Assembly: GCF_009914755.1 (NCBI RefSeq)
Contig: NC_060935.1
DNA length: 64,000 nucleotides
Direction: 5' to 3' (one strand)
From: the human T2T-CHM13v2.0 reference genome, Homo sapiens
Numbering within the stretch: position 1 is the first letter of the stretch; the number at the start of each line of letters is the position of its first letter. The notes under the pieces were generated by a model, which saw nothing but the letters and a program-made list of their open reading frames with translations, was not told the origin of the DNA and did no database searches. The translations under genes were made by a program, and so were the position numbers. Below, one piece after another: positions 15,156 to 64,000 of this stretch.

Positions 15156-15161
15156 AATAAA
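15156..15161 (+). terminator. TMEM86A: Candidate proximal poly(A) signal of TMEM86A
   Basis: AATAAA about 1.1 kb after the stop, followed by GT-rich sequence. Confidence 0.55.
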
Positions 15162-16387
15162 AATCAAGAGCCATTGGCTGCCCTGCTTGTGGGCCTGTGT
15201 GGCACATGCCTATCTTGGAGAGGGCATGGGGGCATGGTGCCAGAGGCTCTGGCTGTCCTCACAGCCTAGTCACAGTCCTGGGCAGTGCATCTTGGTGCCA
15301 GGCTGGCTACCTGGCTCTGGTGACACTGTGCCGGTTGGAGTGTGTCTCACTTCCCTGGTGTGGGTGAGGATGTGGTTTAGGAGGATGGGGGATGAGTGGT
15401 ATTTGCCACTGTCCAAATTTGTCCTTGATGTACTCCCCTGTGCACAGGTGCCCAGCACCCTTGGTGACCTTTAGTTACCCAGTGTCATCTATTGCTGCCC
15501 ACCTCCTCCCCTCCCCACTTGAGACCTGCTGCTTCCTTCAAAATGATCCAGATTCCCTTCAAGCATCTCCCTCATCCTGGACTCTGGGCTTAGTTGAACA
15601 GCTGGGAGCAATGGGATTAGATTGGCTGATTCATTCATTAGTTGTAAAGCCCTGGCAGAATAATACATCACTCTGCTCCAGGAGCATTTGTAACTTAACA
15701 GACAATGCCCTAACCCAGAAGTAGAAAGGGAAGCCTTGGGTGGTGGTGGATATGCCATCAGTAGAGGTGTTGCTCATTTGTGGGGATGTGATTTAGGAGA
15801 CTCAAGTCTCAGGGGTGGTTGGATGAGTCAGTGATTTCCAAATTAGTTTTTACAGAGATTCCTGGTAAGGGGGTAGTGAAGGAATAATGAGAGAAGGCAG
15901 GCTCAAAGACCTCCTATCCTTATTTCAAGTCCAGTAGCTTCTTAGGTTGTGTTTTTTTTTGTTTTGTTTTGTTTTGGAAGGATTCCACTGAAAAACGTAA
16001 GTTTGAAACTTAGTGAGCTGGATGATCAATCCCTTCTAGCTCTGAACCCTGGACACTAAAGAGGGAAGATCTTGATCCTTTCAAACTTCAGAACTCTGAA
16101 CACAGACCTACCTAGTGTGAAGAAATGGGAGGGAGCAGGATGGAGAGCAGGATGAAGTCAGCAGGACTTGCCCCCAAGCTCTGAGGGGAGGGGGAAAGTG
16201 CCATGTAGATGTGGAGGAGGGGAAGGGAAGACCAGGCCCAGTCACAAGAAGGCTGGTCACTGCCTTGTGGGTGGGTTTGGACTAGGCTTTCAGGGGTCCA
16301 GGTCTGGGATTCCCTATCATGCAATCACATCCATCCCCTTGGTCCCTGCTGTATATCACCCTCAGGAACGGGAAAGGATGAGTTACG

Positions 16388-16393
16388 TTTATT
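16388..16393 (-). terminator. IGSF22: IGSF22 poly(A) signal
   Basis: TTTATT on + (AATAAA on -), about 140 nt downstream of the IGSF22 stop at 16530. Confidence 0.75.
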
Positions 16394-16529
16394 GCCCCAT
16401 CCCTTCACTGAATGTTTACATTAACAAACACCAGAGAGCAAACTGGGCTTCCTACACTGGGCCATGCAGAGGACAGGCCAAGAAACTCCACATCATAACA
16501 GCCTCCTGATGCCTGGGCTTGGCTGGAGC

Positions 16530-36295
<19,766 letters not shown>

Positions 36296-37118
36296 TCACC
36301 TGTGAGACTGGGGAAGAGGATGAGGCCATGAAGGACAAGACAGGGAGTAGGAGGGAGATTCAGAGATGTTATGTGTGTGTTCAGACATAAGAGGAGATGG
36401 AAGCACACAGGAGAGGGCCAGGAGAGCAGTCGAGCTCTCTTTTCTTCATTTCCTAGCTTCCTTTTCCTGGTTAGTTACCAGACCCAATAGGCCTGTCCTC
36501 TCACTGAGTAACTCCAAACTATTCCAGGGTCTCAGAGGGAGAGGTTATAGGGCTTAGACTTACCCAGCCAACCAAGTAAGGCCTGGAGGGAGTTGAGGAT
36601 ACCTATTGATAGCTACATGGCACTAAGGAGGCAGTGCTGGATGTTTCATCAGGAGGGAATGCAGTCAGACCTAAGAAAGAACTTCCTGACTAAGCCATAC
36701 TGGAGTGGGCTTTAGAAGGAAGCTGTGTCTCTTATTCCTGGGCCCTGGGGACCCCGGCACTGGTGGAATGCTAAAACAGATGACAAAACATCACTACAAT
36801 TCTGCTTGTGTTTGCGACATGGTAAAGGCAAAGGTTTAGTTTTTCTTACATTTTTCTTTGAACTGGTAATTCAATCACATAGTTAAAGAATAAAACAATA
36901 TAAAAATCCATATGGACAGGCTCCCTCCCACTCCTGCGTCTATCTTACAACCTTCCCCATTGCAACAGGTAGCCAGTCTCTAGGCTCCTTCTAGACCTCC
37001 ATCATGCAAATAGGAAAACTCATGTGTTCTTATCATCTTCCTTTTTTTTTTTTAATTAAAAAAGCACATAAGGTAGCCCATTATACACACTATTCTGACC
37101 CTTTCTTTTTTCATTTAA

Positions 37119-37776
<658 letters not shown>

Positions 37777-38111
37777 CCAGCATTGCAGTTTTTAAAGTCC
37801 TATTTCGTATATGAGGAAACTGATGTCTGAAAGAAATGACCTGTCCAAGGTCACTCAGACTAGACTCCTAGCTTTTGACTCCAGTCCAGTGGCGTCCCAG
37901 AGGGCTCCAAAGCCTTCTTTAACCCAGGTAGTTAGGGGTTAAACTCTATTCCCTCTCTCCACCCCCTAATATATCTCTGCCTGGGCTGCTTCTACCTTTG
38001 GGTTCTGAGACTACTCCCCTGTTCCTATTCCTGCCCTCTACCCTATAGTCCCCTCTGGGCTCAGAAGGTGGTCAGCTTTGTCCCCTTCCTGAGGGAGGAG
38101 GGGAGCCTTAC

Positions 38112-38280
38112 CTTCAGCACTGACCAGTCCCTCCCAACACTCGAATGCTGTGTCCACGGCTTTGGAGGCTCAGCTAGTGCCTGGACTGTAGGGTGGCCCG
38201 TCTCCTTCTTCCTTTGCCCCAACAGTGAGGCTACCAGTGTCATCTGTTCCTTAAATGTCTGGCCCCCTGGGGGCGATTCC
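38112..38280 (-). other. IGSF22: Probable non-coding first exon of IGSF22 (5' boundary approximate)
   Basis: Strong donor CTGAAG|GTAAGG at 38112/38111. The next exon has acceptor TCTTCCCCAG| at 36307, 33 nt before the ATG. A G/C-run promoter-like tract lies at 38330-38380. Confidence 0.55.
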
Positions 38281-38944
38281 TTAGTCAGGCTCTGCAGCTG
38301 TCTCAGCTAGATGGCACACTGCTTGGTTGTGGGGGGAGGGGGAGGGCGGTGGAGAAGGGAGGCGGGAAGCAAAGCTGGATCCAGGCTGGGGGAAACACTG
38401 AAGGCCAGGCGGGAAGGAGGCTGAGGGTGGCAGTCCAGGGGTACTTTTTCTGTTCCCTTGTGGTACAGGTTTTGGCTCTCACTGCTGCTGGGTGGGACCT
38501 CTCTGAGCTGAGGGGCTCAGGGTAGTGTGTGTGCACGGGCACACACTCAGGTACAGGTGCATGCATAGTCCAGCAGGGCTCAGGGAGCAAAGCAACAGGT
38601 CTGTATTTTCCAGGGACTGGGACACGGTGAACTGGGGAGGGCCTCTGGGATCTGCTGCGTTGCTACACAAATCCAGGGGTTCCCATTCATGTTGCACTCC
38701 TATGTGTGGTTCATACACAGCCTGAGTATGTTTACAAGGCCACCCTGGGGAAGAACAGGGAAATGTTAGGTCTCCTTCCTCTTCCCACTTCAACAGCCCA
38801 ATCTCCCTAATCTGGGTAGAAGAGTAGGAGGGCCCATCCTCCGGGGGTTGTGGGGAGGTCTCTGCTTGAGGGTGACTGGAGAGTATGGCCACCTCTTCTC
38901 AAGGACTTCCATCTGGGCTGCTTCAGCCACCTGTTGTTTTCTTT

Positions 38945-39234
<290 letters not shown>

Positions 39235-39988
39235 CCACCCTGTTGTTTTCTCATCATCTGTAGCACACCCCGCATGCCTGGACCCTGGATCCCACCCAAG
39301 GTTCTGGCACCTTGTAAGGACTTGTTGGTCAGCACCCTTGCCCTGGACCCCTCCTTCTGCCCTGGGGTGACCCCCACCTGCCAGCAGTGGCATCATGGCT
39401 ACTTTTGCTCCATCCCAGGGGGGCAGGGGACAAGAATAGAGCAGGAGTGTCCAGGATGGCTCAGGATCTCAGCCCACATGCAGATTCCCTGGGCCCCTTG
39501 GGAGGAGCTACTCTGAGCCCAGGCCTTACAAGGGAAATTACTGGGCTGCAGCTGCTGTTGGGATCTGTGGAGCTAACATGGGATAAGAGTTTGGCCAACA
39601 GGGAGGGGCCTGGGTGTGACCTGAATGTCTCCTTACCCTAGCCTTGGCTTCTCTGGCACATCTGTTGGAAATGGTGACCTGCCAGCCACTGTGCCTTCCC
39701 TGGAAGCCTTCCACACCTGTCCTTGAGGCTCCCCATGGCCCAGAGCATGTGTCAGGGCCAGGGCTGAGGCTGTGTGAGAATCCTGCAGAATGTTCCCAGT
39801 TTGGCTTTACAAATTTGGACTCGCTCCATACTCCCAGTCTCCACAAGGGGCTCCAGTGAGCAGAAGGGCCAAGCTCACTGTGCTCATGCTGGGGAGGGGC
39901 ACAAAGACCCAAGTACAGGAAGGAAGGCAGTGGAGGGGAGAGGCAAATCACACAGACCCAGGAGGTTAGTTTTGCTCAAAATGCTCCG

Positions 39989-39994
39989 TTTATT
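39989..39994 (-). terminator. PTPN5: PTPN5 poly(A) signal
   Basis: TTTATT on + (AATAAA on -), about 980 nt after the stop, preceded on the mRNA by U-rich elements. Confidence 0.8.
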
Positions 39995-40971
39995 GCTCTA
40001 TTCAATGACCACGAGCGAATTATAAAAAGACACCAAATGTCTCTGTCTGCCGTGGGATAAATATTTAAAGTCAGCAATAAAAACACGTGGCTCCAAGATA
40101 ATACATGTTGCCAAAGAGTCATGCATGCCCTCCTGATGGGCTCTCAACACACGCATGGACATGGGAACACACGCAGAGCAACACGCAGTGAGACTTCTGG
40201 GAAGGCTTTCCCACAGTGACACAGAAAAATGTCTCACGTAGATCTGGGCTGAGTCCCCACCCAAACCTTGAGCTCCCCTCCCCTCCCCAACAGGGCCTAG
40301 ATCCTCTGGGTTCTCCATGCCCCATCTGCCCCCTACCTTGCCAGTGCCTCACAGGCTGGGCACCCTCCTGAGAGCATCTGACACCCAGAGGCCACCCTGG
40401 CTGTGATGCCCACTCCAACCTAGAGAACTCTCCCTCAGCTGAAAGCTCTCTGGTGACCTTCTGGAGCTCCCCATGCCTAACTCCCCGTCATCTGCCTTTT
40501 GGGAGAAGTGCGGGTGAGGCCGAGGCAGGCAAGTCCGGTTGCTTAGGGGCTGGAGCTCATTACCCCTTCCTGGCTGAGGAGACACAGTGTCCGGTACAGA
40601 GGGCAGAGATGGATGGACAGACAGAACACATTGCAGCAGGACACAAAGTGTAGCACGGAAACATTCTGGATCAGGTATTGATGGAACCATCGTTAAAAAC
40701 TGGAGCCCGGGGTCTGCGTGGTGTGGGTCAGGCCCCGGGGCCCCAGGCCTGGCCTGGCATGTCCCTTCCCGACCCTGCCCCCCACTCCCCAATATGTACA
40801 GTAGGAAGAGCAATGCTGGAGGGTAGGGGTCAGGCCAGGCTGACAGAGGACAGAGGGAGCTGACTGAAGGGGAGGAAGCGGGGAGCAGGCCCAGGACCCG
40901 AGGCAGGGCCCTGGGTGAGGGCCGAGACTCAGGCTGGGCAGTGCCCAGAGAACCTTGTAGGAGAAGCGCAG

Positions 40972-56237
<15,266 letters not shown>

Positions 56238-57699
56238 CTGTGGAAGATGGGCCATGCGGGCCGATGACTCCGGCCCTGTCCACAGGCAGGGCTCTGCCAC
56301 CCCTTTTGGGGTGGCTGTGGCTGCCTCTCAATCTGGGATCAGTCAGCGTGGCTCCACTTCCAGCAGTCACCCTCGATTAGCAAAGCAATATTCACCTACC
56401 TTCGTCAGAAAGAGCTAAGTGTGGGTGGACAAATTATTTCTCTTTTATTTCTCCAGTAACAGAGTTAAAATGGCAGGAGGTTTTCCAGGGAGTTAATATA
56501 GTTGTATTTACGCAGCTTCATTCTTTTCCATTTCTTAAGGAAACAAAAAACAACCACCTCAAACTCAATTAAAAAAGAAGCAGCAGCAGGAAAAAAAAAA
56601 AAGACATGGCATAACCAGGCCATGACCCTGAGCAACCCACCCATGCCTGCCCTGTGGATTTTTGTCTCATGTGGGCCATGCCCTAACTGGGGCTGGAGGC
56701 TAGACTCTTGACAAGACCACATCCATGTGCCCCCACCCCATCTCAAGACTCCCTGCACGATGAGAGGGGCTGGGGGCAGTTAGGGCGAAGTGCCGGAAAA
56801 TCTTGGTGTAGCAGAATTGATACCAGATGTCTGGGGCCAGTTCTGGGTCTGTCCCTAGTGACTCCGGAGAGTCACTCCCTCTCTGGATCTTAAGTTTCCC
56901 CACCTGGAAGATGGGGTTTGGGTTCAACCCTAGTTTTTCTAACTGTGCTTTACAGAGCCCTAGTGTTTTCTCAGGTGCACAGGGGCTGAGGCCCTATGTC
57001 TGCCCCTCAAGGGCAGAAGCTCTGCCTGTCCCTGTACCATATACTGGATTTCTGCTAAGATTATTTCAAGGCAGAGTTCTGCTACTAAAGAGTCTGAATA
57101 CCATTGGCTTAGATCTGAGTCCCTGGCTATAGCATGGGAATTCTAGCTGCGGCCACCTCAGTGAGTCCCAGATATTGGAGGTCTGCACCCAAACTCACAG
57201 GATTTAGTTTACTGTCAAGAAAAGAGGGACCAAAACATGGATGTATACAGTGTGACAGCTGGGAAGGGGCTGTCTACATATCATGCTGTATATGGGACAA
57301 TGGACTTGGGTGACAACAGAACCATGTGGGCCCAGCATAGCCGTTTGTCCATGAGCTGCTCGCTCACTTGACAAACATTTACTGAGCATCTCCCATGGCC
57401 TGGATCAAGACTGTGGTGCAGAGAACCCGGTCCTGGAGCTGTGTTTGTAGCACAGGCTCCTGCTTCCCAGCCGGGCCCATTTCAGCTTCACTCCTTGCAG
57501 TTCCTCAGGTAAGCCCGCCCCCTATGCTTTGACATGCTGTTCTCTCTGCCTGGAACATCCCTCCAACACTCTGCTCCCCTCCCCTGCCTCCCACACACTT
57601 TGCCAAGGTAACACCTATTCATCTTGTAGACCTCAATCAGATGTCCCCTGAAGTAGGTCCTGCTCTATCACATACGAGCACCCCATGCCTCTCTTTCAT

Positions 57700-57730
57700 A
57701 TCATCATCATCATCATCATCAGCAGCAGCA
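57700..57730. repeat. Compound (ATC)7(AGC)3 microsatellite
   Basis: atcatcatcatcatcatcatcagcagcagc. Confidence 0.85.
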
Positions 57731-58160
57731 ATATGCCTGGAATGTGCAGGGGCCCTTCTCTGTGTGCCTGGGTTAATTTTTTAATTCTTCACAGCACCCC
57801 TATGGAGTTGCTACTACTATTATCCCCATTTTACAGAAAAGGAAGATGAGGTGCAGAGAGGTTAACAGAGCTGCCCAAGGTTGCTTAGCTGGTAAGGGTG
57901 GAGGTGGCTTCAATCCAGGGCAGTCAGATAGGCTTCAGGCTACATTACACTTGCCATGGGTTGTAAAATAATTTTTGAATATCGTCTCCTCTACCCACCA
58001 AGAAGTTCCATGAAGGCAGAGTGGTATCAGCTTTGTTCATCCTCATGTCTACAGCATGTAGCGTAAGTCCTGGTGTGTAAGGCTACAATAAATGTTTACT
58101 AAATGAGTGAATGATGATGGGCAAAGGACACTCTTTTACTCAGTTTTTTTTGCCTGATAA

Positions 58161-58548
<388 letters not shown>

Positions 58549-59126
58549 TAAATATTTTAGATACTACAGACGAAACACCTAGCATAGTGTTCAGCATTTA
58601 GTAAGTACCCAATAAATGGCAGATTATAATGCTAACACATAATTCTTGTCTTCAAAAGGCTCCAGTCTCGTGGCTAAAACAGACCAGTAAAGACATGTTT
58701 ACAATACAGTGCATTAAGCAATAAATCTAAGTGCCAATGGAGTCTAAGAGGGTCACGAGAGGGTATCTACCTTTGTCCATGGAGGTTATAGTTCCTGACC
58801 ACCTGAGCAGTCAGTTCAGATCCTGGGAGCAAGGTGAAAAAGGAAAAGCTACTGCTAAAAGAAGGATCACGTGGGAAGGCAAGAGTTGCTACTATTGATA
58901 AGCAGGGGGTTGATTTCTCAAGGGGCAAGGTCTCTGCCCACACACAGTTGACAGGTGATGCCAAATATGGAACGGTGGGAAGGGACAGACCCAGGGGTTA
59001 CCTGGCTTCTGTGCCTTGGTTCTGCAGAGCACATACTTGGACCTTGGGCAATCCCTTCTTCTCCCTGGGTCTCAGTTTCCTTATCTGTAAAAAGAAGGGC
59101 TTGAACTAGAATTCAGCGCTTCTTAG

Positions 59127-59583
<457 letters not shown>

Positions 59584-62500
59584 TAAAGCTCTGAATCACA
59601 AATTTTGCTTCAGGAAGATGTGTGACATTTATCCTATGGCTTTGCCCTCAGGGATACATGCACCCCAGTCTGAGAAGCATGAAATTTGCCTGCAATAAAA
59701 CATTATGCAGCCATTATAAATGACTCTGCTGATGAATATTTGATAACATGGGAAAAAATTTTGATGGTATGGACTAAGAAAGGCAAGGTTACAAAACAGT
59801 ATAATCTCACTGACCTTAAAAATTAAGAAAGTATAAATATGTCTATAAAAAGATAGCAAATACCTGATGTGAGATTAGAGGTTAACATGAGATAGAGATC
59901 ATAGAGCATGGAGCAGTGAACTCTTGGCACACAGTAAGTGCTTAATAAATGTTGTACACAGTAAATGGGAAGACTAAAGCCAGGTAGTAACACCAGTTCT
60001 TTGGGGTGGGGTGAGATTAGAGGTGATTTCATTTACATATCCTCAATTTCCTCTAATAGATAAATATATATGTGTGTGTATACATACACAGACACATGCA
60101 CACATGTATTTCTAGTGAGAAAAATATTTTTTTCAAAAAGATCAAAGTTCAGAGTTGATATCAAGAAGCCTAGTCAGGATTCTCAGGTTTCAGGCCTCGA
60201 CTCCCACCTGTCACATCTAAATGCATACACTAGGATGTAAGAGATTGACAGAGTATGCGAGGCTCTGTGAGACCCACCCAGCAGCAGAACAGCCACTCCA
60301 GAGGCAGGTCCCTCGGATAATGTGTGATCATTACTTTTGCATATGAAAGATAGGTTAACTGTCTTGCACATTATGGAGGTGGTAGGAAAAACTGCAGGCT
60401 CATAGGGCCCTAGATGTGTAGCTCAGAGAGGGGGAGGCTTACAATTTTTTTAAGACTACTGGTCACCTGGCAGCCCTGGGGACCAGATGCATCCAACTGA
60501 TGGGTATTTACTGGGCAACTGGTAGATGTACATCTTTCAGAGCAGGATTTATTTAGATATTTTTCTGGGTAGAAATCTGACTTTTTTTTAATCCAGCAAG
60601 ATATGTTTCAAACACACTCTATATTCTGCACATAATTTTTGGGGAGATGCATGGACCTCAGGTTAAGAACCCCTGATCTCGGGGGTGGGCAGTGGATGTC
60701 TGTGATGGAAATTGGTGTTAGTTTCAAAGATGGAGAACTGGGCTAGGAGCCTGCCACTCTGGTTTTAGTCTCTGCTGATTTGTGCCTGAGTCCAACACAC
60801 ATTTATTAAGCGCCGATTATACGTCAAGCACTGGGAACACAAAGATTCAATGTCATGCAATTCAGAAAAGTATTTACTGGGGGCCTACTTTGTCAAGCAC
60901 GGGCTAGGCTCTGGGGACACAGCAGTGAAGGAAACAGCCTCCACTTGCACGGACCACTGTGGTCCTAGGCCCGTTTGTTCTTTTGGGCTCTGTCCTGCTC
61001 CTAGAAATGACGTCAGCTCTTATCCTTTCCCTGCCCTCTCCTTTACTCACTATCTTGTTCTGGGAATAATACCACCTCACTGGGCTGGCTCTCTGCAGTT
61101 CCCAAAGTGCCTCTGCATACGCAATTGCATTTGCTTCTTTTGACAGCCCTATGAGGTAGACACGATCATCGTCAGCCCTGTTTTGTCAGTGAGAGGCGGC
61201 TGCTTGTGTCAAGGGCTGGCTTTTCAATAGTTCACAGCGAGGTAGCTGCTTTGCCACGCATGAAACCCTGACTCAGAGGCAGCTTGCTGACAAGTGATTT
61301 AACATTGGGCTCCTCATGGACTCACCTCTTGCACAGGATGATGGGATTTTCCAGGCAAGAAAAATCAAGGCTTAGAGAGGTTAAGTGTCTTGGCCAAGTA
61401 AGTGCAGACCTGAGATTCAAACCCAGGGCTTTCCAGCATCAAGTGATGTTTCCATTTTGCCATGCCGCTTCTCAGTAAAGGGTCACTGCAGCAAGGCAGG
61501 GAGGTCCTATGTCTGGGGTCGGGGGAGGGTGGGGGCCAGAACCTTGAACCTTAATCAGCTGCATGGGGGCCACGGTGCAGATTTTGTGCCTGGTCCCCAG
61601 CTGATGAAGCCTCAAAGTATACATGTAGTATGGAGGGAAGGAAGCAAGCCCTGGAAGGCAAAGCTCAGTATCCCAGGCCAAAGCTGTAGGATCCTGGGTA
61701 AGGCATGCAGGCAAATGGCCTTCAGATTTCACCTGGGGCACAGGGAAACGCTATGATCCCTCTCCTGTCACCCGGCTCCCAAATCCCACCATTGAACTCT
61801 GCAGCTACTCTGTGCCCTGGAGCTGGTGCCGCCTGAGCTCCAGAACTGTGGCTGCTCCTGTCAGTGACTCATTCTTTGAGCTCCCAGGCTGCCAGCCCAC
61901 CGGAACTGGAGTGGAAGGCTGGCTCAGTCTGTTCCTGTTTACATGAGAAAGCAAGCTCTGTCCCAGTTAGCTTTTCTTCCCTTCCCAATGTGGCCAGCGG
62001 TCACAGGGAGCCCTACCCAAAAGAACATGACACTCAGACCTGCCTGGACTTCATGAATTACCGGCTGTCAGAGCCTGATGGGCCCTGAGGGATATCTGGT
62101 TCAGCCCATTAATTTCTCAGATGGAGAAACAGGCCCAGAGAGCGGAAGTGGCTTGCCCCAGGTCCACAGCCAGCCAAGGGCAGAGCCTGAACGTTGAAGA
62201 CTTACCGTGTGCTGGGTGCGGTTCCAAGTGCTTTACATGTAGTAACACATTTAATCCTCACAACAATCCCAGAAGGTAGGCGCTGCTCTTACCTCCATTT
62301 TACACATGAGGAAACTGAGGCACAGAGACGTTAAGTCTTGGCTGAGGTCTGCTAATAAATGGGTAGAAGCTAAGACTAGAACCCAGGCAGACTGCTTCCA
62401 GAGCCCATGCTATTAGCCACACACGAGATGAGACTAACTCCCTACTCCTAGGACCAGGCATTCTGCCCGCCACACCACGTCATTGGTAACAAGTCTCCAG

Positions 62501-63836
62501 CACTCCCACCCCTCAACCATCTGGGTGATGATGCTGGGCTCCATGGCCTGTCAACTGTGTCCAAAATGCCACCAGTAGACACTGACTTCTTGTTCATAGG
62601 ATTGTTGCTCCTATCTCATTGTGGGGATGGAGGGCGATATAGGAGCGGTATGGGTGATCTTGGGCAATTTCCCAACAGCTCTCTCCTGTGAAGAGATGAA
62701 TCCACAGGGAGGATTTGCCCTCCCTTATCCTCCTATCCTGCCAGCTTGGAGCCAGGTACATTGTCAGTCTTATGCTGTTCAATAGTCACAACTGTGCTGC
62801 AGGTTGACATGATTGCCCATGTCTTACATGGGGAGCCACTGAGGCACAGAGAGGTTAAGTGACTGGCCTGGGATCACATAGCCAGGCAGTGACAAAACTG
62901 GACTTGAACCTAGGTTGGTGGGTCTCCACAGTCTATGATTTTTCTCTTACTCCACAGAAAGGTCTGGAAACCCACAAGGGGGATTGGTGGAGCAGGTTTG
63001 CCTACCTGGCCTATTTTGAGGTTTTGCTTGGGTAGGTCCAGAATCAAAGGAGGTACTGCTAGAGGAACTGAGAAGGGCGGAGTGGTGGAAGAGTCTAGAA
63101 GGAATACACCCAATCAGCTACTTCTGCCACTGCAATATCACACCCTCAGTACTCCCGTGGGCTCTGAGAGGAACAGCCTGGCCTTGCTGGGCACTGCTGT
63201 GATCTCTGTTCTCACTGGGAGAGGCTGGAGGTGGCTCCCTATTTTCTGCTACCTTTTGTGGGTGTATAGCAGGCAAAGTAGGTGTTAGAGGATATATGGT
63301 GCTGAAGAGCAGAGTCCCTGAAACACGGCAAACACTAACCAAGCACTTGCTCTATGCCTGGCTCTTCACTAAGATTATCTCCTGCCTTAAAGATGTTCTA
63401 TGTTTCAACCTCAACACTGACCGATAGGACTCCTAGTGAGAGAAGCCCTGGAGGAAAAAATTTCCAGCTTCTCCCAGCAAAGGCAAAAGCAAACAGGTGG
63501 TGGATTTGGAGTTCTGGGAATTTGTACTGGCTCTCTGCAACCCCTCCACCCTGTTAGTCCTGCTCATCAGTGAGCAACACGACCAAGAGATCCACGCAAG
63601 GAGGAGGTAGGAAGATGATAAGGGTTTGGGCCAGCAGCAAGTCCATCTCGGATGGTAAGCTGGCTGAAGGCAGGGCCCAAGTCTTGTTAATCTCCACACT
63701 CTCCAGGCAGGCAGGATGGGCGTGGGAAAAGGAATCAAATTTTGACATAAGAAGATTCTGGACTAAAACATGGGTGCTCACCACTTATCAGCTACATGAC
63801 TTAGGCCAGTTGTTTAACTTCTCTGTAACTTAACTC

Positions 63837-64000
63837 CTGTGGTGGTCTTAAAATACGTCTGTAATTCTTCACCATTTCTCCCATCAATAGGTGGCATCTA
63901 TGTGCCCTCTCTGGCTGATTGCCCTGATGGAGTGAAGGTGGCAGAAGTGATGTTATACGACTGTAAGGCTAGGTTATAAGAGTCCATGTAGTCACTGGGC
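63837..64000 (+). mobile_element. MaLR LTR 5' part (MLT1-like), runs off window
   Basis: TGTGGTGG..., GGCAGAAGTGATG..GGCTAGGTTATAAGAG are typical of MLT1 LTRs. Confidence 0.55.

Overview
Human (primate) genomic DNA, recognisable as chr11p15.1. It holds three protein-coding genes, each reconstructed here exon by exon with consistent splice phases. TMEM86A (+, lysoplasmalogenase) has 3 coding exons and 240 aa. IGSF22 (-) has 22 coding exons and 1326 aa, and is an intracellular MyBP-C/IGFN1-like Ig/Fn3 protein. The last 12 coding exons of PTPN5/STEP (-) are present; its 5' exons lie beyond the right edge. The first 5 kb is an ERV1 remnant ending in a MER41B-type 3' LTR, interrupted by seven Alus. 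A solo LTR8, MaLR LTRs, an L1 3' end and about 24 Alus in total are scattered through the window. I found no new protein-coding system; most ORF-track entries are Alu, antisense or intronic artefacts. The best leads are regulatory. TMEM86A has a MER41 LTR with two intact STAT/GAS sites, a perfect IR1 (FXR-type) element, a CRE and a CLEAR/E-box nearby, and there is a GGTCA-rich IGSF22 intron containing a DR4. IGSF22 exon 2 has a GC donor competing with an upstream GT donor, and its 3' end may overlap that of TMEM86A. The PTPN5 3'UTR carries a compact CPE/PUM/G4 module. Repeat family names come from recognising consensus sequences by eye and were not computed.
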